NCBI RefSeq assembly: GCF_001949145.1
Contig: NW_019091360.1
Span: 4,234,159 to 4,298,158 of the forward strand
Reading direction: 5' to 3'
Source of the DNA: Acanthaster planci
Lineage: Eukaryota
DNA: 64,000 bases
The translations under genes and the position numbers were made by a program. The stretch's first letter is position 1, and each line of letters begins with the position of its first letter. The notes beneath the pieces were generated by a model. It was not told the DNA's origin. It ran no database searches and saw only the letters and a program-made list of their open reading frames with translations. Positions 22,501 through 33,300 of this stretch are shown here, piece by piece.

Positions 22501-25500
22501 CTTTGTTTTAAACTTTATCTACTGCAGTTTCTGAAACTGTTAGCAATTCCGAAGTGCATTTGCACAGATAAATGGTTAATCTTACTGTTTGGAAGAACTA
22601 GCAAGCCTCGTTTACAACCATTTATATTTCTGAGTGATAAAGAACCAGTTGTTCCTGGATTGGTTTCAGAACATCACAGATGATGACTTAGATCGCATTG
22701 CTATGTGTCTGAGGGTAGTGGCTGACCGGCACTCTCTCATGTCAGACGTCTTCACTCGTGATTGTCGCAACTCGCTCCAGACACTGATTCTGACTAAACA
22801 GACGGAGGAAAAAGAACAACAGAAGGTGAGAATCATAAAGTGGAAAAACTATTCAAACAATGATACATTCTTGGTGAAGTTTAATTAAGTTGAGTTATTC
22901 TTACGATATTGTAGTAACTTACAGTTGTTTTCACTGTCCTTGCTGTGTAGGGGTCAGACAAGAAGCTAGTCTCCGTTCAAGCGGATGATCCTATCAACTT
23001 CCTTCAGTTGATGGCAAAGACTGATAATGGTGGTACTGAGGTATGTACAAACTCCATGGTAAAACACTATGCTTGATGATGCCATTCATGACAACGATTT
23101 CAAAACAGAATTAATGGTTCTTTCTTTACTTTTACAATTATAAGTTGTTTTTTTTGGGATTGTGATTGTAATTTAAGCACCACAATACAATCAAAATCAT
23201 TGCATCAAACCCTGACAATCTATTTTTCTCCATAAGTATCCACCTTCCATATGTTGTAAAGAGTCCATACATTACTTGGGTAAGTTACTTTTATTACCAC
23301 TTTTCTTTCAACAGGATCAGCTGACAATGAGTTTATCTCTTGCTACCATGGGAACCACAGGCAAGAAGGAGTTACATGACATCAGTGCCTCCAAGTTGAG
23401 CAAGGTAGGATGGAAATGGAGATTTTGTGGAGCTTAGAACCAACTGCTTCCTCCTCTAGATCTTTTAGATGATTTGGGATACGTTCTTTGTCCCCATAGT
23501 GGGTTTGTCTAACAAGACCTGTCGTTACTTCAGTTAGTGTGACATTTGATTGAATTTGATTTGAGTTGAATTGATGGGATTTAGTCTAATCTACCAGGTA
23601 ACCATTGCCACAGATCTTCCTAGATCAGCTTTAACAGTTCTGTCAAGGTGATGTGATTTGAATTGATTTGATTTGAGTTGAATTGATGGGATTTAGTCTA
23701 ATCTACCAGGTACCATTGCCACAGATCTTCCTAGATCAGCTTTGACAGTTCTGTCAAGGTGATGTGATTTGATTTGATCCATAAAGTAACTGAATGAACA
23801 GAATTCTTCGACCTGTCAAAAAAATATGACATGATTTGATTTGATTGATTAGGTGACCCAGCTGACAGGATTCTCTGATCCTGTGTATGCCGAGGCATAT
23901 ATCAACATCAATCAATATGACATTGTCTTGGACGTCTTGATTGTCAACCAGACTGCTGATACACTGCAGGCATGCTCCTTGGAACTTGCTACACTCGGTA
24001 AGCAAATGAGCAAACGGCGTACTGTTTGTATTCATCAAGACATGTCAATTTATTCTGTGTGGATGATTTCAAGTCAGCAAGCAGCACAGACGGACAGCAG
24101 CACAAGCCCAGGGCGTGTTAATACGGGCGATTCACAGTAGTGCGCCACCAAGAGTTTGCAACACGTTGGGCAATCATAACACATGAAATTTGTCGACCCT
24201 TTCCAAACACACATTGGGTCGACAAATTTCGGGCATTGTGATTGGCCAACGCGTTGTAAATTCTTGATGGTGCACTATTGTGAAATGGCCGTATTCCTGA
24301 TGCCTAAAATGTCTCTCTTCCGAGTAAGAGACCGAAGAAATCATTACAGATATGTTTTTAAAACTCCAATATGGGAAAATCTAAAAATTTTCAAAGCAGT
24401 AGAAATTCAGTGAGTTGAGTGCAACTTGTCTTGATTATTCCGTCTTCGTACTTTTTCTTAGGTGATTTGAAGCTGGTTGAAAAGCCGCAACCAATGACGT
24501 TGGCTCCTCATGATTTTTGTAACATCAAAGCTAACGTGAAGGTAGCATCCACAGAGAATGGAATCATCTTTGGCAACATTGGTAAGCTTTGAGAAAGGGG
24601 TTTTCTTTCCCATCACATCAGGACATCTTAGTCCTGCTCCTTGTTTCAGCTAAAATCCCTGAAGACAGAACATACTGATTGAAATATCTTGAGCTCATTT
24701 CTTCCGAGGCTGTTTCTTTTTTCAACCATGCAGAGAGATATATTTCCAAGCCTGGTCTGCAAGACTTTCATAGTTTACTCTCTCACCGTGCATAGCTTCG
24801 CATTTTTCATGTGTAACAGTAACATACAGCCTTCATGGTTTTTATCTGTTGTTACCGTTCCTTGCTTCCGGTAGTCATGAATGTTTCCCGGTGACTTTGC
24901 TTGATTTCTAGTCTATGATGTGTCTGGTGCTGTTAACGACCGTAATGTCGTCGTTCTGAACGATATTCACATTGACATCATGGATTACATCATTCCTGCC
25001 CATTGCACCGATCAAGAATTCCGCAGCATGTGGGCAGAGTTTGAATGGGAAAATAAGGTATGGACCATTTGTGCTGTGTTGACATAACAGTGGCATCTAC
25101 GTGGCTCACCGTTTAGTAATTTGAGGTTGAAAGCACTGAAATAGAATTGGATTTTCATTTGTGAATTTTTGTTTTTTGATCAGTTATTTAATTATCTTGG
25201 CTTTTTAGAGCAGATTTATTTTGAGATCCTCAGACTAATGCTTCTCATATTCTCCTCTTCAGGTGACTGTTAACACCAACATAACGGATCTGCATGATTA
25301 CCTGAAACATGTCCTGAAGTCAACCAATATGAAATGTCTCACACCAGAAAAGGTCAGAGTTATACACTATTACATGATTGGTTTTCATTCAGTCCTCACT
25401 AAGCTGTTCCAAGGGATGTTTATTTGTTTATCTATAGTTCGTTGTCTCCAATTATTCCCAGATCTTTCTCTACACATGTATTCATTTTGATTGATGATGA

Positions 25501-26051
25501 AAGTTTTGGATTAAAGAACAGAGCTTTCAGTCGGTTATTAACCTGTCACTGTCTTGTTACAAACAATGCATGTGACACTGAATATAATTTTGTTATTGTC
25601 AGTGTATAATAGGCCTAAAAAATAATGACGTCACTTGAAGTTTGCCTCTTGGGACTTGACAGATTATGTCCCACCTTACTGCCTTAGGAAAGTGCACATG
25701 TAAACAAACAATAATGTCATTGTGTCACAAGTATTTCAGTGAATGGGTATTTATTTGTCCACTTGAATAGTGCCCATACGTACCACTTTAGTTTCATTTG
25801 ATGTTATCAATTTTTTTCTCCGACAGGCTATTTCTGGCGAGTGTGGATTCATGGCAGCTAATCTCTATGCTCGTTCCATCTTTGGTGAGGACGCTTTGGC
25901 TAATGTAAGCATAGAGAAACCAGCCAGTGCTACCCCTGAGACACCTGTGTCTGGTCATATCCGTATCAGAGCAAAGAGCCAAGGTATGGCTCTCAGTCTG
26001 GGTGACAAGATTAACTTGAGCCAGAAGAAAGATGCAGGGTCAAAAGCTTAA
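16597..26051 (+). CDS. COPB1: Coatomer subunit beta (beta-COP), 21 coding exons, ~956 aa
   Basis: Exons 16597-16687, 16923-17041, 17403-17683, 18145-18352, 18468-18605, 18759-18878, 19109-19216, 19425-19571, 20134-20279, 20600-20748, 21283-21391, 21898-22018, 22320-22391, 22670-22825, 22951-23040, 23315-23404, 23853-23997, 24462-24581, 24912-25057, 25263-25352, 25827-26051 (2871 nt, in frame). Diagnostic peptides [74 protein letters not shown] likely non-coding first exon ends at the donor 15002 (gtaagt). Confidence 0.97.
21560..21722 (-). mobile_element. tRNA-derived SINE in COPB1 intron
   Basis: Minus strand GGTGGTCAAGTGGTTAAGACG (A-box) ... GGTTCGAGTCCC (B-box), then a non-tRNA body. No acceptor stem could be formed. 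Confidence 0.7.
23554..23777. repeat. Tandem duplication, ~112-bp unit x2, in COPB1 intron
   Basis: GATTTGAGTTGAATTGATGGGATTTAGTCTAATCTACCAGG...GTTCTGTCAAGGTGATGTGATTTGA occurs twice with only a few differences. Confidence 0.9.
24120..24295. mobile_element. Foldback MITE (~176-bp imperfect hairpin) in COPB1 intron
   Basis: Outer arms AATACGGGCGATTCACAGTAGTGCGCCACCAAGAG... / ...TTCTTGATGGTGCACTATTGTGAAATGGCCGTATT, plus inner perfect arms GAAATTTGTCGACCC / GGGTCGACAAATTTC. Confidence 0.8.
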
Positions 26052-26482
26052 GTTGTTTGAAGGAGAGAAATCAAATAATGCCCTCCTCTGAGTTATTGCT
26101 GAATCAGATATGACAATGATAACAATAATACCTATGGACATCATGCTACGAGATACTGCTTAGTAGTGAAATTGACCATACCCCTTGAGTTACAAACTTA
26201 AAACGTACTGTCCAATGAGTTTTTCCTTTGGCTAATTTTTGAGACATTTTCCGTCGCAAAAACAATTGTGAGCACAGTTCAAGAAGGATTGAACATTGGA
26301 TAATGAGTGAAATGATTATGATTGTGCATTTGATATTTACTCTATACATGTTCCTTGCTCTTACTCTTGTGAGTAGGTCATCTTAACTATTGTTATTATG
26401 AAGCATAGTGTTGACCAATATACATGTAAACAAAAGAAACGTTTCAGACACAAAATCCACTTACTTTCGGTCTGCTTTAAAA

Positions 26483-26601
26483 TTGTCCAAACACAAGCTG
26501 TTATTATGGAAACTAAAAACCTAAAGCGGTTTCGTTCAAGTTTTTGTCCAAACACAAGCTGTTATTATGGAAACTAAAAACCTAAAACGGTTTCGTTCAA
26601 G
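26483..26601. repeat. Tandem duplication, 61-bp unit x2, in the probable COPB1 3' UTR
   Basis: TTGTCCAAACACAAGCTGTTATTATGGAAACTAAAAACCTAAARCGGTTTCGTTCAAG repeated. AATAAA lies downstream at 26794. Confidence 0.9.
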
Positions 26602-27934
26602 AGTAGTGAATATTTAGAAACAATTTTTTTTTCATTTCATGGTGAGATTAGAAAGGTGAGGGTTTTTGTGTTTAAATCAATGAATTCTTTTGTTTTGGAG
26701 AGCTATTAATATGGTGAAGCAAGTTACTGCTGTTTCTACTCAATATCTACAGCTTAGTAATAATAATTCACCTGATGGTTTTATATTGTAGAAAATAAAC
26801 ATACTAAAGTTGTGTTCAGATTGATTCACACAAATCTAAAGATTAAATCCTTGCCTTTCAATTAATGAGTAAAGATGAATATTTGACTGCAGAAAAGGAG
26901 TCATTTTATACAGGCTTGCTTATTAAAATTGAAACTTACACTACATATTGTCCTTTGAAAGTAATTTTGGTTTATTTTGTTTATGTACTCAAAAGCAACA
27001 TTCTGTAAAGGATTTGTCACATTTTGAAGATAAATGTGGTCATATGAACATTCAAGTACTTCAACAAGGGCTTACTTCATTGTATACTGACAATTGTACC
27101 CAAAGTGTTTACAGTTGAGGCAATTATTAGCATTTTTATCTTGTCCATGTAAGGACAGCACATTGACAAGGAGACTCTCCTAGCAACTAAGGATTTTATT
27201 CCTCTCATCTGGTTATATTGTGGCTATATTCTGTTTTAAAGCATGTGATCTTATATCTACTTGACAAATACTTAAATGTGAGCTTGGAGTTCCTAAAGCA
27301 ACATCGTTGACGAATAACTAATTAAAACACTGTACTGAATGGACAATTTGCTTGTTGATTGGATGAGTTTTCTCTGCATAGTTGTGATGGGGGCAGAGTG
27401 CACGAGACAGTAGTCGTACAGTAGTATGCGTACTTGCTTTGTACTACCTTTAGCTTGAGAATTCCAATAATATCACATGGTCTACGTTTGAGGGTGTTGA
27501 ATAACCTTATTCCCGAGTCGGCCATATTGAAATTGAAAGCAAAGTTAACTTTTCATTTTGAACACTGTGAATGAAATTTAAATTCTTGACAAATTGTTAC
27601 CTGATTACTCTGATGAACAAATTGAAATTCTTGATAAAATTTACCTGAGTATTTATGCAAGATTAAAAAAAAGGTTTGGAACCCACAAAAATCCACCACA
27701 TTCAGCAGATAACAATTTAGAGCACAGATACAAGGATCAAGATCAACATGGCTTCTTCAGGAACATGGTCCTTTTTTGCAACCAGTATGAAAACTCCTGC
27801 TGAATAATCGGGGGCAATTTTTTTAAAAGAAAAAAGCCACCTGTTTCCGAACCTTCACATATCACTATAAAATGAAATGTATAAGTGCTTGAAAGCATTG
27901 GGAAAATTTTTTAATGGAATTTGCTTGAAAGTCA

Positions 27935-28109
27935 CAACCGTATTCAACGGTAACGTAATTTTCTTTTTGTGTGGTGCACTTGTTCATCACCAACTGCACG
28001 TACTTATTAGAAATTGCGACGTTACCGACATACTGTGTTTTGATTGGCTAATGGACACCCACCAAATTTGAATGGTTCCGTCGTATTGAATTCTTCTCGA
28101 AAATTGCAG
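27935..28109 (+). promoter_or_regulatory. Putative INCENP promoter / first non-coding exon with MYB-like sites, inverted CCAAT box and CHR element
   Basis: CAACCG 27935, CAACGG 27945, CAACTG 27992, GATTGG 28042, TTTGAA 28067, splice donor CAG|gttagt at 28110. Confidence 0.55.
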
Positions 28110-30378
28110 GTTAGTTTTTACTGAAACTAAAGCTTTAAAATGTGAATGCGATTCCAATTTTAAAGTTTATTTATATGTTAAGAGATACATGGATGCCTTT
28201 TGAATACGATTCCTGTGTTTGATGTGCGTTAATTTAGATCAAAGACCGCTCACGTTATGCGAGAATTTTCATGTTTCTCACAGTGTTTGGACGAAACGCA
28301 GTAGCCTGCGTGCATGATTTGCACACACATATCGCGCCAGCATGACCAGTAAGGACATTTCAAATCGTACATTTTACTTTCGTGGTGGTTGAAAATTGGC
28401 CTTTTGCAGATTTAGAGGTCATTAAATCTCTAATGTGTAAATGCCACTAAATCTTGTTGGTCATGCAGGCCCAGGCCCTACTCTGGCTTCAGTGTTTTTT
28501 CTTATTTTTTCATTTGCATTAGTAAATCATGTTATTGAAGTGGGGTCATGATCTAATGATTGGCATGAATGGGGCTCGGGCATGTTGGGCACCTCAACTG
28601 TTTGCCACCTCGACTAGACTTGGAACAGGTTCTTGATAGTTTGAACATGTTGAAACAACTCAACTGCGACGACTGATGATGGAACACCGTTGAGACAAGT
28701 TGTCACTGACATGGGTTGACTTGTTCGGTTTTGGTGCATTGTGGGAGGGTAGGCTATGCCACATGTACAACTACAAGGATTTCAAGTAGGATAGCCTAGG
28801 CCCTCTTTGAAATTTACTCTAAAAAGGAGGAACTTCTGCGATATAGGTCCTAGGCCTATGGTGTATGCCTAGGCTGCTACATATACATGTAGGTGCAATC
28901 AATGTGTGATCTATTGATCTTTGGCCAACCTACCCCCAGAACTGTGGGTCCGACATCGGACCCCACAGTTCTGGGAGTTGGCAGGTAGGGCTTATCAGTC
29001 CTGGAACAACTTTCCTACCATTTAAAATGTTAGCCCTGGAAGTAACTTGGACTCTAGGCTGTATTGTACACCTTGTAACATTTGAACATGGTCGGGCAAC
29101 CATGTCCAAATGTAAAAACGGTGATTTGTAGAACCCAAGTTTCTTGGACCATTAAAATGTCTACATTGTTTTACTTTTAAGTTTACAGTCACCTTACTCA
29201 TTTTCCACGTTGTCATGTTTTGTCCACACCTTTCCTCTGAATTGAAAAGAAAGGAAAAGAGAAAACTAATGTTCCACCTCTTCCAGAATCTACCATAGAC
29301 TGAGTCAACTGGTACATATTGTACATGTAATTGACTACATGTATTTGAATATCTAACCTTCAGTTGGATCGAATGGTCGAATATTCAGTTGTACCGGCCG
29401 GCATATTGCAGATGGACAAACCACACAAAATTAGACGTAATAATGCACACAGTATTATATTTGCTATAATACATGTACATTGCAGCTCCTCACTCTTAGG
29501 ACTATCTGTGGCCACGATTTAGCAAAACAAGAAAATTCTCCGACACCACAATCTGTGGTTGCTGAGAGACTACTCACAATTTTGATCCATGCAGCCATCT
29601 TTCTCTTCTGACACTTTCATGTCCCTGTCAAGTCTCAATGTGAACACTTTTATGCTATTGAAGCCAATGTTCCAAAACATCAACTGTGTCGAACACCACA
29701 AACTAGCGTTAGCCACGAAAATTGTACATGCCTAACACAGTAACTGTTGAGTTGTCTCTACATGTATATCACAAAGTTGAGTTGTCTCAGTGGATGACTG
29801 GGTAAATGGTCGAAGTTGTCTCGAGTTGAGTTGGTAAACAGTAGAGTTGTCTGACATTATGATCTGCAAGATTTATAGCTCCATGGTTGAATCTATTTCC
29901 TTTCTTTGTGGTTAAATATTGTATTAAAATACTTTTATATGTGTTGAGCACCTTCACCCAATCACTCTGCGCAGTTGGTTTATCCTGCATAAAATCTCCC
30001 CTTTCTGCATTAGTCTTTAACTTAATAAGAAATACAAAGCACTTATTGGATGATGGTAAAATTATCAACAAATCCTGCAATAAAATGGACTAATTTCGCA
30101 CATACATGTATTGAGTGATGGCACAGATTAACTGATTGTGCCCAACATTCCTGATCCATTCTCAGATCTACAGTACTGTATGTTGTTTAAGCAATGGCAG
30201 TAATCCTGTCATTAGTGTTACATAAATTTTAATGAAATGTTCAGACTTTTTATTACTTCCTAGACAATAGAGAGCTAGTGTAGCATATAACAGGATAGTA
30301 CTCTGTAATTATGTTAATTCTTGTACAAATTAAACTCTTCCTTTTGTTTTTCAGGCTGGCAGAATTAACGGTGTTACA

Positions 30379-33300
30379 ATGCTGTCCTCAGCACTGACTA
30401 CAATGAGAATGGGAGAACTACCAGGATTCTCCCTTCATCTGATCACAACAGCTAAGATTAAGAGCTTTGATGAAATGTTTGAGGAGAATGTGACTTGGCT
30501 ACAAGAAGTTTTAGAAGATGCAAAGAAACAATTTGGCAGGTGAGCTGTTGAGATTGCTCCCAACCACCACAAAACATCTGAATACTGTACATGTACATGT
30601 ATTCCTGAACTCATGTACATGTATGTACAGTGTACATGTACATTTTATATTGACTTGCAGGAGTCAAGGAAATCCCACTTGTGCCACAGTAATCCTTCAA
30701 TTGTAGTTGTGTACTTTTATGAGTTGAAGTATGACAGAGGAATAGATTGAATAATAATAATGATAATATGAAAACTAAGGAAAGACAAAGCAAATCTTAC
30801 TAAGATTAAGATTTCTCTTACATTTCAAGGACTGATCTTCTTGGTTGGAACTCCTTTGGTCAATCATCCATTTTGAATGTCTAATTGACCACATTAATTT
30901 AATCAAGTGTACTGTAGGCAGTTTTAGGCTTCTAAGAAGTTTAGTTGTAAATTGCACTTTGTAGTACAGGCTGGTTTGCCCTGGAAATGTACATGTACAT
31001 GTACTAGGTTGCCTGAAGTGACTAGTTATAGTTAGGGCAGGGGTGAAGTTTGTCTATGGTTCTTTTGATTTTAGGATATTTTTTCATCAAGATTTTACTA
31101 ATTTCAGGAATTATCAAACAATCTCTTGTAAAGTCTGGTAATTATTTCCTGGATATTTCATTTTCCTTCAATCTCACCCCTGTCAGGTGACTTTACAGTT
31201 ACCAATATTAGCCTTAACCAATTGTACCTTTTCCCCCAATACTATAGGGAAGAGATGGCCATGTTTCCTAAGACCCCAGTCCTCAGAAGAAGACGACAGC
31301 GAATTCGGCGAGTATCTACTATCCACAATGAAGATATTGATTGTCAACTTCCAAAGAAGAATAAAAGGTCAGTTACGGACTGTTGGAATGTTTTTCTTCG
31401 TGAAAAGTTGTTTAACAATAGCAATAATAAGTTATGGGCCCAATTTCATGGGGCTGCTTATTGCAGAATTCCGTGCATACGATTTCCATTCTGCGCTCAC
31501 CGCGCTAGCAGAAAAATTCTGCGCTAAACCTTTAAGCACAGAATCCTTAGTTACGGGATGTACGCATGCGCACAAGCCGAAATTCCGTGCTAACCCGTGA
31601 AATACGTTCGCCGTAAGCACAGAATTTTCTGCTACAGTAAGCGCCGATTTTTCGCGTGTGGTAAGCGGCGCTGTGAAATCGGGCCATGGTCAGATGCTTT
31701 GCATAGAGAATAGATGTTTGATTACAAATATATGTAACCAGATACTAAATTGAATTTAGTGCTTGGTGTCACAGGTTCAACAGAGGATGTTCCTATGTTG
31801 CCAATTTTTTTACGGACAAGTGATTTCTTAAATTAAATTTATTTAGGGTCAACTTATTAGGTGCAGTTGTGGTAGACTTATATGAAAAAGTAATCGGGAA
31901 AATGCACATTGCACTTTAGAAACTTCTAATTTCCATTAATTTCTTCCTGTCTTACTACAGAAGCAGCAGAGCATCTATCCTTGGGAAAGCTTGTCAGTCT
32001 CGTCAGTCAACTGTACCACTTAGACGAAGTGCTCGTAACTCAGCCAGATCAACAATTACTGCACAGAATGGCACATCTCGTACCCGTACCTCAAAGAAAG
32101 TCCAGATTCATGAAAATACTGTTGAACCAGTGCAGGGCTTGAACTCATCAGACACAAGTAGTTGCTCAGATGATGTTGATACCACTAAGAAGGCAGCCTT
32201 GAAAGATGAGCCCAAAAGGAGCTCAGATTCAAGTGTGATCACAACGACAGAAGCACCAATGGACACTGAAGAATGTGGCAATCAAGCCACAAGGGCTTAT
32301 GATACAGTGGCCATCAAGTCTGACGATCCATCCATTGGAAAGAATATCAAACGTAATGCTGTCTCCAAAACCAAGAAGGGATCCAAGAAACTCCGACTGA
32401 ATAGTGGGGAAGCTGTCTCGACCGTGTCTGATAGCTCCATCTCTGATGAGTATGAAACCAAAAGCAAAGCACAGTTACAGATGGTCAAGGAGAATTCTTC
32501 ATCAATTGCTCTGAAAGGCACAGAGCAAAAGGAAGAAACACTGACTCGACCTGGATCTACGGCAACTTCTAAGACCGAACGTCCCAAACGCAAGAATGCT
32601 GCCTCACGGTACAAAGACCATGTGAAACGCCTCATCAGTCATCACGAACACCTTATTGCAGAACAGGTAACCAGCTCCGATGATGAGTTCCAGTCGCCAA
32701 AACATAAGCAAGTTGTGAGAGAAGCTGTCCAGAAAGCCAAGCAACCAGTCCCAGCCAAGAAGAACAAGCGTAAGAATGTGAAGGAAGAGGTCAACCAAGA
32801 TGCTCCAGAGAAGCCAGAATGCATCAGTGAGGAGAAGAGCGATGATGAAGTCTTTGACAATGAGAATGCAGTGAATAATTCTAAATCAAAGAAAGAGGAG
32901 AGTCCAGAGAAGATGCAGGAGCAACCCTCATCCCTGCCTAGTCCTATTGTCCCGGAGCAGGAGTCCATTCCTGAAACTGTCAAGAGTGATGAAGGGACAG
33001 CCGTCAAGGATGTTGACAGTGTAGAATCAATAAAGCTACGATTCAGTGAATCTGAAGATGAGAATCAACAGCAAGATTCCCAAGATGAGCATACAGATGA
33101 TGTAAGGATGGAAGGAGATGAGCAAAGTGTAGCCGAGGATAGTCTTGATCAACGTAGTATTGCAGAAGACAGTCTCAATAAAGTAAATACACCTGACAAC
33201 AGTCCTAAACAGCTACAAGAAGCAAGTCCAAAGCCGGCTGATATGACCACCGACAGCCTTGATCAACAGAATATGACTGAAGATAGCCTCAATCACAATG

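Noticed and set aside
25490..25552. Second hammerhead-like or C/D snoRNA motif
   Set aside because: Catalytic core not intact, and no convincing terminal stem or D box for a snoRNA.
27322..27525. Divergent minus-strand gene (MADSGIR...) upstream of INCENP
   Set aside because: Good start context, but no in-frame downstream exon chain was found and little room remains before the COPB1 3' end.
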